64,000 bases of DNA from Paraspadella gotoi (Eukaryota; Animalia; Chaetognatha), in contig CM119264.1 of NCBI GenBank assembly GCA_051294375.1, forward strand, positions 24,603,842 through 24,667,841. The letters are read 5' to 3'. Position 1 is the first letter of the stretch. Each line of letters starts with the position of its first letter. Shown here in pieces: positions 13,161 through 25,538 of the stretch. The notes below the pieces were generated by a model that searched no databases, was not told the origin of the DNA, and worked only from the letters and a program-made list of their open reading frames with translations. The position numbers and the translations under genes are program-made.

Positions 13161-13289
13161 GAGGTTCTTTCACTAAGTCCGACTCCAGAGCAGCCGCGCG
13201 TCAAACTTTCAAATCTGTCAGCGGCGAAACGATTAAGCGAGTCGACTCGATGCTTTGCTACTTCGGGTTGAGATTACGAATCGCTTCAT

Positions 13290-13574
13290 CAAAGAGATGG
13301 AGTATATTCTTCTTTCAGTTCCAACAAATCTTTTTCTTGATCCAACAAATCTTTTTCTTGATCCAACAGATCTTTTTCTTGATCCAACAAATCTTTTTCT
13401 TGATCCAACAATTCTTTTTCTTGATCCAACAGATCTTTTTCTTGATCCAACAAATCTTTTTCTTGATCCAACAGATCTTTTTCTTGATCCAACAGATCTT
13501 TTTCCTGTTCCAACAAATCTTTTTCTTGATCCAACAATTCTTTTTCCTGATCCAACAAATCTTGCTTTTACGAA
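13290..13574 (-). other. TSD-flanked 285-bp insert with a 21-bp tandem repeat (~12 units) encoding LLDQEKD heptads
   Basis: Unit gatccaacaaatctttttctt at 13320-13563. A 17-bp direct repeat attacgaatcgcttcat lies at 13273-13289 and 13575-13591. Confidence 0.75.
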
Positions 13575-13870
13575 ATTACGAATCGCTTCATAAAATGTCA
13601 TTGCATTCGGAAAAGAAAGCAATTTTAAATTCTTCGCCAATTGTTGAGTAAAATTTTTCAGAAAGGCGAATAACACCCCCCCTCAACAGCGGCCCTGCTG
13701 CCGCCCGCTGTCGCCCGTTGCCGCAGCGCCGCCTCCTCCCGCCGACCGGGAAAGGGGGAGGGTTTCGTCGAAATCCGTCGACCCTTGACGCTGCTGTCAT
13801 CTCGTCAAGATTGAGGCTCCGAAAAACCACAACAGGCTTCCTCAACTTACTAGGATTTGGGAGAATAAAT

Positions 13871-13905
<35 letters not shown>

Positions 13906-13988
13906 CTCTCCTCTCTCTCTCTTTTCACTTATAATGGTCCCACTTGTATGATTTTGCCTCGACATTTAGATATTTCTCTCTCTCTCTT

Positions 13989-14051
<63 letters not shown>

Positions 14052-15040
14052 CTCTCTTCTTCTTAAATAAATTTCTCTTTCGTCCATTTTTATTAATGAA
14101 GAGAAACATTAATTGAAAAAACAATTATTCTCATTGAGTCACAGATTTCCGGCCTATCAAAAATCAGAATGGGGCGCAATTCCGCCAAATCAAGTCCGCT
14201 CACTCAACTGTCACAAACATGTCAAAAACCATTAAAATTTTTAAGCGTTAACATTTTTAAATCTAGTTTTAACTTTTAAAATAATTTTTTTGGAGTGTAA
14301 TAAATGCTTTGGGGACATAAGATTCTCCCTTACAGAGAAAAAAAAAAGTAAACAAAATTTGAAAGCTTGACAGATATAAAAAAAAAGAAAGGGAAAAGAG
14401 AGAAAGAGAGAAATAGAGAAAGAGAGAAAGAGAAAACGAGACAGACAAAGATAGAAAGAGAGGTAAAAATGAAGAGAGTGAAAGAAAGAGGGAAAGAGAG
14501 AACGAAAAAGGAGAGAGACAGAGAGAGAAATATGTTTGGAAATTTCAAAGCGCAGGCGATAATTCAAACGAAAGAAAAACCCGTAAATTCGACCTCAAAC
14601 GTCACTTTTCTTAAAATTCGAGATGGCGGCTGCGGCGGCGGTTGCGGCGACGGCGGCGGTTGCGGCGGCGGCTGAGGAGGTTGATGTGGTGGTAGCAGAA
14701 GTTGTAATAGCAGTTACGCAGACGGAAGTAAAGGAGGCCGCGGCGTCGGTGAGCACGTGGAGGAGATGGAGGCAGCGTTGCCGTGTTGTGGGCCTCGGAA
14801 GGAGCGCGTCGCCATCTGCGTCGTCATCGGCGGCGCCGGTGGCGTCATTGGCGGCGCCGGCGTCGTCGCCGCTTTTGGCGGAAATTCGGTGATTCAAACT
14901 CCCGTCTACAAGGGATACATTAGGCAGTGTTGACGCCCGGCCCGAGAGCGCGGCCTGAGAGCGCGGCCCGTGAAGGCGGCGCTCCCAAAAGCCAATCTCA
15001 AGAAATGGGTTCCGGACAAAACAGAGACGCCAAGGAGCCT

Positions 15041-15137
<97 letters not shown>

Positions 15138-17225
15138 ACATAATCATAACGTGTTGCAATATGCGATTCCTTTTCTTTCCATTCACTGTTGCTCATTTTA
15201 CTGAAAGAAGCGTAACATAAAAGTGAGAAAACTGTTTTAGATAGTATTTCAAAACACTAATTTTCACATGTATTGACTTAATGATATTTTGAATTTGTTT
15301 ATAAATCTGATATTTTTTATTATTATTAATAATTATAATATTTTGTTTTCAACCTGTATTTTGTAACTGTTACTATAATCAATAATCATATTTCAAAATT
15401 TTTGTTGTTGTTGTTCACAAATTGGAGAAAATTATCTTTTCACGAACCGAAGAAGATTTTTGATGAATGAGTTTGAGTGGAGAGGCGCCGACTGACCTCC
15501 CATCTTTTTTTTTTCTTTTCGAAGCGATTGTGACGTCATGAAATTCACTCTCAAAGACGTTGAGTGTCTTCGTAAAAAAAAAATATATCTTCAAGTCGAT
15601 AGCTGGTAATCTCTTAACTTAATTAAATTTATAAATAATAATTTTAGCAAATGTACAAAAAGAACTAATCATTCATTCATTCACTCAGTCAATCATTCAT
15701 GCATTTATTCATTAATAATTCCTGTTAAATCCTATTAATTCCTAAACCATATTTAAATCATATTAATCAAAATATTAAATTCGTTCATTCATCGTTCAGC
15801 CTCATTCTCCTCCTTTTTCCTTTTAATCTTTTTCCTTTTTTTCTTTTACTCCATCACTTAAAACATTCTTCTTCTCCCTCCACATCAATCCATTGTTTGT
15901 TTTTATTTATTTTCCCACCCTCCTTTCTTAAACCGATCATTGTCCTCCCCACCACAACCACCACAACCACCACAACCACCACCCCTCCCCACCTCTCCCA
16001 CCCCCCCTTGGGTCCACCCAAGTGGTCGCCTCCTCTTTTCTTCTTCCGATTTTTCTTTTTTGTTTCTCGATTTTTCTCGATTTCGCGTCAAAATTCGCGA
16101 CCTCGATTTTCCCAGCGACGAACGACGGGTTTCGAGGTCGAAGCGGAGTGGGGGGGGGAGGGGAAGATGGTGATCGAGGCTGGGGTGGGCGTGGGGTTCG
16201 AGGTGAGATGGAAAGCGTTTAAGGGGTTGGAAAGTGATTCGATCCGTCGCGGAGGCGGAGCCTTTGACCCTCTGGTGGCGAGAAAAAAAAGTGACGCGGG
16301 TTTATCTCCGCCGAGGCGTTACCGCTTGAGGGTTGTTGGTTCGTTGCTTGTGGGTTTGCTGCTTGCTTCTGGTTGCTTGGTCGCTTGGTAGCTTGAAATG
16401 ACAGGGAAATGTGGGTCAACGAACCGAAGAGACGGAAAGATCGAGATGTTGTTGTTGTTGTTGTTGTTGTCGTCGCGGAAATTTTTCGTTGTGCTTTTAA
16501 AACGGGATTGTTACAAAGAACGAAGGTGAATGAAATCGAGCTGTTTGGGGCATCGAGATTAGAAAAAGTAGAATAGGTTCGCTCGATGTATAGTTATTAT
16601 CACAATGAGATTCGGGAAAGTTATGAATGTCAAAGTCTCTTCAATCTCAACGATGAATTATTATCCAGAGCGGGCGTTGAGGCTAAATAATTTAATGAAA
16701 AGCTCAAGTCAGAAATTAGAAATAAAATAAAAACCCGAATGCAATAAAAATAATTTGAAAATGACGTCGATGGATAAAACGTGAAACTACAAAGAAGCGA
16801 AAGAAAAGAAAATAATTGACTCGTGACTCACGTGATTCGTGAATCTCGGCGGCATCTCTCACCCTCGCCTTTTTTTTTCTTCCAAAGTTCAGATTCCTTT
16901 TTCCCTCTTTTTTTTAAAAATTTAATGGACAAAAAAAAAATCTGGTTTCGACTTTTTCCCGCTTTTTTCTTTATACTTTTTAGTTTTAGTTTTCCCCTTT
17001 TTTTAAGCAAAGGAAGGGAGGGGGTGGGTGGGGGGAGGACGAGAGAAAACAGAGAGCGAGGAGGCGGTTTGAATTCAAACAATCCCAGTGAAGTTTACGT
17101 CACAAAATAAACCGTTCGCGTTGATATTTTCGCGCAGAACAGGAGAAGAGAGGAGGCAGCGAACAGAGAGAAGAGAGAGAAGAGAGAGAGAGAAGAGGAG
17201 AGGAGGAGAAAGGAAGAGAGGAGAG

Positions 17226-17265
<40 letters not shown>

Positions 17266-17518
17266 GGGAAAGGGCAAAGGAAAGCCCCCAATGAATTGAA
17301 AAAGGAGAGAAAAAAGAGGAAAAAGGCAAAAAATGTTTGTTTTTTTTTTTTACATTTGGATAAATTTTTTTAGTGGGAGTTTTTCGACACTTGTTTGGTG
17401 CCGAAATTTGAAGCCCACACACCGTTGGGCGTTAATTCAGATTTTGATGATAATAATGATTCAATTGTGATGAGGACAATTTTATTGGTTACAACATTAT
17501 CTTTGAAAGAGACAAGAT

Positions 17519-17567
<49 letters not shown>

Positions 17568-20500
17568 TAGTTAGAATTTCCCTTGGAAACTGTCTCGTTT
17601 GCAAATCTCTTTTATCTTTGAAACGTCGCGAAAAAGTCGCGCCTAACCCGGATCTTGAGGTTTTTCTGGATATTCGTTTTACCCCGGATGTTCAGATTCT
17701 CCCGTATGTTCACAGAGACAAGGGCGAAAATTCGCGGGAAATTTTAATCCGAATCTCGTTCGAGTTGCGTTGACTGAATTACCATGGGAATCACCTTGGC
17801 AACGAAATTGATAGCATCTCTTTTCCCTTTTTTATTTTCCTTGTTTTATTCTGCCTGATTCTTTCTTTCTTTCTTTTTTTCTGTCTTTATTTTTTTGTCT
17901 TTCTGTCTCTCCGTCTGTCTGTCTGTCTGTCTTTCTTTCTTTCTTTCTTTCTNNNNNNNNNNNNNNNNNNNNNNNNNNNNNNNNNNNNNNNNNNNNNNNN
18001 NNNNNNNNNNNNNNNNNNNNNNNNNNNNNNNNNNNNNNNNNNNNNNNNNNNNNNNNNNNNNNNNNNNNNNNNNNNNNNNNNNNNNNNNNNNNNNNNNNNN
18101 NNNNNNNNNNNNNNNNNNNNNNNNNNNNNNNNNNNNNNNNNNNNNNNNNNNNNNNNNNNNNNNNNNNNNNNNNNNNNNNNNNNNNNNNNNNNNNNNNNNN
18201 NNNNNNNNNNNNNNNNNNNNNNNNNNNNNNNNNNNNNNNNNNNNNNNNNNNNNNNNNNNNNNNNNNNNNNNNNNNNNNNNNNNNNNNNNNNNNNNNNNNN
18301 NNNNNNNNNNNNNNNNNNNNNNNNNAAGTCATCTGAACAGTATCATAACTTTTATCATATCTTTTATCATAACTTTTATCATAACTTTTATTATGACTCT
18401 AAAGAACTTATACATATTTTTATCAAAACGCGTGTAGTTACAATTTTCTGATCATTAAAGCTCATTACTACATTCCCCAAAGTTCATTCATGGCAACAAA
18501 TTACTTTATTGGCCTTAAAACGAATTTCAACTTTACAACGAATTATAATGATGTCACGAAACGCTTTTTTACAACAGTCTTTACACCGAATCGTATTTAG
18601 TATCGCTGCAAAAGTTCAACTACAAAACGAACTGCAAAAAAAAAAATAAAAAGAGACTTGTTTCGATCGGCAATAAAACAGACAACAGAACTACATTTTC
18701 AACGGAATTTTGACAACTTTTTCTCTGTAGGTCATCTCTCGATAATAAGCCGATCATCGGTCGCCGTCGTCGCCGTCGTCGTTGTCGTCGTCGTCGTCTT
18801 CCGTTGAATGAAATATCGTTTGAGGTTGGAAAGTGACAGAATCTTTTTGGTTTCTAATAAACGAACGAAAAAAAAAGGTAATCGAGAGACAACGATCGAT
18901 TTTTGAGAAAATTGAATTAAGGAAATTAAGAANNNNNNNNNNNNNNNNNNNNNNNNNNNNNNNNNNNNNNNNNNNNNNNNNNNNNNNNNNNNNNNNNNNN
19001 NNNNNNNNNNNNNNNNNNNNNNNNNNNNNNNNNNNNNNNNNNNNNNNNNNNNNNNNNNNNNNNNNNNNNNNNNNNNNNNNNNNNNNNNNNNNNNNNNNNN
19101 NNNNNNNNNNNNNNNNNNNNNNNNNNNNNNNNNNNNNNNNNNNNNNNNNNNNNNNNNNNNNNNNNNNNNNNNNNNNNNNNNNNNNNNNNNNTAGACACAT
19201 TTGATTGCAATTAGAGGATTTGTGGTTATAGTCTAATATCTATATATTAGGCACAAAACTGTACATAGTTCGCCAGTATCTATCAATATTACGCGAGTCA
19301 TAGAAAAATCGAATGACAATCTATTTTAAAATTATTTCGCCTAGCGATACAAGGTTATTCTCTTTTTCTGCTTTTCGCTATTCGCTATTCAACCCCTCGT
19401 TTCTATCGCAAATCCAACTTAAAAAATCCATTTTAATCTTTTTTTGAGCTCCGGGCTCGAACGCGCGACCGCGGAACCCTCGATGTCAATTTCATTAATA
19501 AAAACAGCGCGTAGCAAAAATGGGATTACGGATTTCCAGCCCGACAGAAAAAAAAATATTGTTAATCTCGTTAAGGGGCGAATTTGAACAACCGCTTACA
19601 CGAATCACAGGATGTATGGTTTTTTTTTTAAAACAAAATGTTATACATCAGAAAGAATATAATAAAGCTAAAGTTAATTCGTGAATTCAAATAACCTCCA
19701 AAAAATGGTAGAATGCCGCGAGTCATATGAAGCATTCATCATAGTCTAATAAAAAAAAAGCACTATACTACAAATTAGGAACATCTTTAAAACTTTTTCA
19801 CATCTCCTCGAGTAAATCCATTTTAAAACGTCAGAAACAAAAACTTTTCAAGTTAGCACTTCATCTAACCTTTGACCCTTTGGATCCAAATATTAAGCAC
19901 TAGTAGGAAAAAAAACTTATTCTTAATCTGGTGTTAAAACGATTAGCGACCGAGGTCCCTTCTCAAATAATCATTCAGAGACGGTCTCAAAACTTTTTCC
20001 TAATTTTTTTTTCTTTTTTTTTAGTTTTCAAAATTTATATGATAGGTTTTCATGTTTTAGTACCTCGTAACAAATTCGATCTCCTAATTTCAAGAATAGT
20101 TTCGGCAAAAAGCGATTCTGTCTTCCGTTTAAAATTGCGTAATTTGTTTAATTCTCGTCCAAATAATAAATTAACCCTTTCTTTTTTAAAAAAAAAGCTA
20201 AATAATAGTTTTAAAAACGGCGGGAATTCTCTCGCCCTCGCGATCTACATTTTTCGGGCCGCCTAGGGGGGCNNNNNNNNNNNNNNNNNNNNNNNNNNNN
20301 NNNNNNNNNNNNNNNNNNNNNNNNNNNNNNNNNNNNNNNNNNNNNNNNNNNNNNNNNNNNNNNNNNNNNNNNNNNNNNNNNNNNNNNNNNNNNNNNNNNN
20401 NNNNNNNNNNNNNNNNNNNNNNNNNNNNNNNNNNNNNNNNNNNNNNNNNNNNNNNNNNNNNNNNNNNNNNNNNNNNNNNNNNNNNNNNNNNNNNNNNNNN

Positions 20501-20854
20501 NNNNNNNNNNNNNNNNNNNNNNNNNNNNNNNNNNNNNNATGACGAGCGATAATGGGGCTTCTTTAGGCGATAACGAAAAGTCTTAGATGATAACGAGGCG
20601 TCTCCAGCGATAGTAAAGTCTTGGGTGATAAAGAGGAGTCTGGGGTGATAATGGAAAGCTTAGGTGATGATAAAGGCTTTCAGAGAAGGTGATTGTGAGT
20701 CATTTCCTTTTATTGTAGATATTTGAGTTGAACTGCGAAGTGGAGGTGAGGTGAGGGAAATTAATCGCCGTTTTATTGCGTCTATTAGCTAATACAAATT
20801 TAACTACACCACTTCTCTACTACATTTCTTCTCAAAATTTTAGGAAAATATCGT

Positions 20855-21027
20855 TTTAAACAATTGACAACTGTTAATATCTAAAATCTATATTACTAAT
20901 CGTTTAACAGGTGTATATATATATATATATATAGGCACGTATTTAAACAATTGACAACTGTTAATATCTAAAATCTATATTACTAATCGTTTAACAGGTG
21001 TATATATATATATATAGGCACGTATTT
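20855..21027. repeat. Tandem duplication of ~86 bp containing (TA)n
   Basis: tttaaacaattgacaactgttaatatctaaaatc...gtg(ta)n ggcacgta occurs twice, differing only in (TA)n length. Confidence 0.85.
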
Positions 21028-21583
21028 AGCGACTGTGTTCTATTTAAGTTTTAATCATTCACGGTTTCCTTACTTAATGACGACGAAAGCGGTTATAATT
21101 AAAGCAACAGCATTTTTATCTTTATCTTAAGAGTTTAAAATGTTCGTTAGTGTCCAAATTTATAACTGAGAGATTAAACTTTCGACCCAACGTCTTTTGA
21201 GACTTTAAGCTTTGTTAACTATTTAGTGTCGCACGGTAGGAATTATTTATTACTTGAAAAAGTATCGAGAAAGTGGCGGAATAAAGCGATATCACTAACA
21301 ATGAAGAATGTCTCTTTATAACTATAAGGAAATCGTTTTACGTATCACGTATAACTCTGTTAGATTGTAACTTTCATTCATGTTCAAATCGAGCGCCTCA
21401 CGAAGGTATAAAGTTAACGATAAATCACTGTTTTTATAAAAAAATTGTTTCTTATTAAAAATCTGTCAAGCGAAAGTCGATCGCTTGTTTTCCTCTTGAA
21501 TATTTTATTCTCTTCATTAAGAAATAAAAAATGCGTTTTCTCGCTTCTGAGAAAAGATTTCTGTTGTATCTGGAAGCGTCTTC

Positions 21584-21649
<66 letters not shown>

Positions 21650-21914
21650 GGGGGATCTTTTCCTCAGCGTATTTGTCTCCTAATCAGCCTGAGGCCAACC
21701 CATCCCAATTTCCTCCAAGTTTGCTGATCGCATTTTGCTCGAGCGGAACTTGAGCTGTGACTACGTCTGGAAATGAATTAACGAATTAACCCGAGTTAAT
21801 GATAACCTATTGTAAAGATAAACTTTGGTTATTTGGTTATCGCCGATTTACCCGAGTAGTCCAAAATTAACCGCTTAACCGTTATAACTGCTTAACCGTT
21901 ATAAATCCCAGCAG

Positions 21915-22159
21915 GAGAAAATTGGCCCAGTCATTTAAGAGCTATAGCACCCTGAACACGAGACGTTAAAAATATGTCAATTTTGTTCTGCTCTAACGCT
22001 CTGTTTGAGTCTTACTTACAAACGGATGGTTAAATTTTAACCAAATTGGCATCAATAGTTATTTTTTCATGAATAATATTATCTATATTAATTTTTGTAA
22101 TTAAGTATTTTAATAAGATTTATTTGCTAAATGTGTCCGGTTTTTTTTGCACAGGACAG
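21915..22159. mobile_element. Truncated copy (right end) of the Tc1/mariner-like MITE family
   Basis: Shares aagagctatagca, aaattt(t/g)aaccaaatt and aagatttatttg with 10640-11097. Ends gtgtccggttttttttgcacaggacag|TA, close to the reverse complement of the left TIR at 10496. Confidence 0.55.
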
Positions 22160-23590
22160 TACAGCATACAAAAGTTCCCTAAAAATAAGACATGAGAAAA
22201 AAACTCAATCGATACGAGGAAACAGAAGAAAAAGAAAACAGAAACAAAAATAAAAACGGTTGGAAAACAAAATCCTGAGGAGAAAACTCTATCGATTTCC
22301 CTTCCGATCGGAAATCCTAGAACCGACGCGCCAGACGCAAGACGAACAGAGAATCTGCGGCGTGGAACTCGGAAAGGGAAGAAGATTGAAAAACGGATCG
22401 AGCGCTATGCATTCATTGAAGGTCACGTGACATCATCAGCACATGCATCATCATCTCCTCTCTCTCTCCTCTCTTCTCTCTCTCCTCCTCTCTTCTCTCC
22501 TCTCTCTCATCTCTCTCTCTTCTCTCTCTCTCTCTCTTCTTCATCACCGCGCCCTTTTCGTGTCATTCCCATGCTCTTTTGTCTCTCTTTGCTGTAATAA
22601 CTCTTGTTTGCAGCAAAAGAAAACTTTCGAATCCGAAATTTATCGCGTTGTGTTTATTTCTCCGAAAACCGAAAATTATCTTAAAGAGCGGGAAAATTTT
22701 TGAGAAAACAGGAGCGCAAAGTAAGGAAGCAGAGGAGAGAGAGAGAGAGAGAGATAGGAGAGGACGAGAGAGAGTAAGCAGAGAGACGAGAGAGAGAGTG
22801 AGAGAGAGGAAGGAAGAGAGAGAGAGATTCNNNNNNNNNNNNNNNNNNNNNNNNNAGATTGGGAGATAGTGAGCGATTGTGAGAGATGGAGCGATCGATG
22901 TGTTGACCTTTCTGAAAGCGGCGAAAGCTTCGCTTTGAAGTGACCGAAAATATCGGGATTTATTTTTATTTCGCAGAAAAAAGAAACATCGATGCAAACA
23001 TTGATGCAAACATCAATGCGATCGAGAAATTTTTTTATGCAAACAAAGAAAAGTTTGGCTTTGCCTGGGGTCTTTGGGAAATAATTTTTTTTTACAAATT
23101 TAAACAAACGAAAATTTATATTCTTCAATGAATTTAATGAATTTTATAATTTAATGATTTTTATAATTTTGATATAAAAACGACAAAAAAAGCGGTGAAG
23201 ATTAAACCAATTTTGAATGAAAAAAGTCACACGTCTGATCAAATCAAAATAGAGACCTTCTTTCCTCATTCAAACTTTTTCGATTCTAAAGAATTACTTT
23301 TTATTCGCGATTTAGAAATAAAACTTTCATGAATAAAACATTATATTCACAAAAAACCGACAACTGATCGGATTTCATTTTTTAAAAAAAATACTATTTT
23401 CATTTTCCCTGTAAAATCAATTTATCGCAAGCGAATAAACAGTCTGATTAAAACGGAAGTTTTATCATTTAGGGCAAAACTTTAAATCTTTTTTAAATGT
23501 TGCGGTAAAAATTATGACAGTGAATAAAAATATTAATAATTAAGATTGTGTGTGATAGTGCCAACACCCTCAACCGCTATCTGAACGAAT

Positions 23591-23665
<75 letters not shown>

Positions 23666-24294
23666 GGCCGTGACGTGACCGAAGGTGAAAACGATTCTCA
23701 CGCGTCGACGTGAAACTCACGAAGGTCACGACCCCGTTCAGGTGACTGTCGGCTTGGTCGGTTCGGTTGTTGTTGTTGTCATTTAGTCGGTCGGTGGTCG
23801 TCGAAGTTGAGGGCGGAGGCGTTGTTGTTGTTTTTAATCGTCACTGCTGCTGCGCGCTGCGGCTAATTCAGCGGGTGCTCCGGCTGCGGTGGCAAAGTCA
23901 TCACGATCGATGAGGGTCCCCGTATCTCGGCGTATCTGTCAGTGTCGATTGGGCGCGCGTCATTTGCGCCGCTTTTTTTTCCAAAGCGGCTAATTTCCCT
24001 CTCTTAGTCACGGATGAATTCGATTCACTGTGAATGAGAACCTGATCACCGAAATGTCACTTGGAAGAGACGATTCTTCTTTATTATTTGGTTCAATGCT
24101 GTAAATAAGTATAACCTGCAATAATTGATCGTTTGTCTCATTCCAAGTTTCTGAAGCCAAAAAAATTATGAAAGTTCGAATTCTTTATTTCAAACCTACT
24201 GCGATGAAGCACTCTCCTTCTTTCGCTGCCATTGTAGCGCCAATCTCTTTTCCCTCCATCTTCAGACCTACCAGGGGAGAAAGGGGAAAGGCCT

Positions 24295-24306
24295 GGTCAC
24301 GTGACC
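24295..24306. promoter_or_regulatory. Palindromic E-box GGTCACGTGACC (CLEAR/USF-MiT-type); GTCACGTGAC also at 22422-22431 and 60542-60551
   Basis: Exact motif matches inside CpG-rich islands. Function is inferred only. Confidence 0.35.
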
Positions 24307-24433
24307 CCTCCATTCCCCCCCCCGGCCTCCCCCCAGAACCGCCTCTCGCTCCGTCGGTCAACTCGAGGAAAAAAGTTTCTTCGCTCAGTTGGTTTTTACG
24401 AGGAGAGAATATTCCCGAACGACCGCCGTGAGT

Positions 24434-24464
<31 letters not shown>

Positions 24465-25000
24465 GAGGAGAGGAGGAGAGAGAGAGAGAGAGAGAGAGAC
24501 GAGAGACCGTTCGTGCATCGGCAGGTGAGTCGGCAGCGAACCTCTAGAGTCGGCCAAAGGTTTAAAAGTCGGCAGCTTCGGTTACGATGGTTTTCCATCT
24601 CTTCTTTTTTTTTATGACCTGACCTTTTTTTACGAGCCCGCCCGTAACGACATTCCTCAGCCAGCCTTACCTCTCCATTTTTCACGAGTGAGCTTTCTCA
24701 CTCCAGAAAACCTTACCCGTTCGGTTTTCTTTTTTATCCTTCGTTTCCATGAAATTCGCTTGTTGGAGTTTAAAACAGAACGTAATGATTATAACACCGA
24801 TAGTTTTCGTACGCAAAATATACTTGTGTAATCGTGTGAGGTTTTAAACTGTTGTAATGCTTGTCGCGATTAAGTTATTTAATGATTTAGTTATAATCAT
24901 TCAATTTAGTTTTCATGCAATTTAGTTATAATCATGCAAAGTAAACCAAAGTCTTTGTATTCAAGAGGGGGTAATCAAGAGTCGACGTCCACGTGCTTAC

Positions 25001-25117
25001 CTGATTAACAAAAACAACAGCGGCATCAAAAACTCCTGCAGCGGCCGCAGGAGGCCCAGCCGCCGCAGGAGCCCCTGCCGCCGCGTAAGCTCTTTCGCGA
25101 ATCTTCGTTAACGACAT
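25001..25117 (-). other. Candidate first exon of an unidentified gene (MSLTKIRERAYAAAGAPAAAGPPAAAAG...)
   Basis: ATG-initiated Ala-rich frame in a CpG island ending at a consensus donor CAG|GTAAGC. No recognisable domain. Confidence 0.2.
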
Positions 25118-25269
25118 CGAAGTTCCAACATCAACGAAGACAACAACGCCAACGACAACAACACAAGTCCGAGCCGGACAGAATGGGCCGGACCAAAAAG
25201 CCGGACGTCACCTGACAGACGCCACCCGGAGTTTTTTTACGTTAGTTCCGGAAAAAAACTAAAAGCGGA

Positions 25270-25333
<64 letters not shown>

Positions 25334-25494
25334 AAGCTTTGTTTTTTTTCTCTTCTCGTTTCTCTCTCAAAACTTGTTAATTACTGGCTAGTGGATACTT
25401 CCCTTCCCATTTGACCGCCTAATCTCTTCCTCGTTTTGTAATTCTTTAAAATGTTTTGTGGCTCAATGTCATTTAAGTAAGAAGACACGGATTT

Positions 25495-25538
25495 CAGTCT
25501 CTTCGGAGGAGTGGGTTTGAATCCCACCGCTGCCACCA
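25495..25538 (+). pseudogene. Retroposed 3' half of tRNA-Leu (AAG/TAG type) including the CCA tail
   Basis: cagtctcttcggaggagtgggtttgaatcccaccgctgcca-cca matches the metazoan tRNA-Leu variable arm, T arm and acceptor (CAGTCTCTTCGGAGGCGTGGGTTCGAATCCCACCGCTGCCA) with 2 mismatches. Flanked by 28-bp direct repeats at 25470-25497 and 25539-25566. Confidence 0.85.

Noticed and set aside
13320-13563. CRISPR-like regular repeats
   Set aside because: Units are contiguous with no unique spacers, the context is eukaryotic, and there are no cas genes.
15598-15615. agctggtaat similarity to miR-216/miR-283 family
   Set aside because: The seed is not matched and there is no precursor hairpin. No conserved miRNA was recognised elsewhere by eye.
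19446-19480. B-box/T-arm-like ggtcgcgcgttcgagcccgg (minus strand); also ggttcgactcc at ~41882
   Set aside because: No correctly spaced A box or cloverleaf, so a tRNA or SINE cannot be supported.
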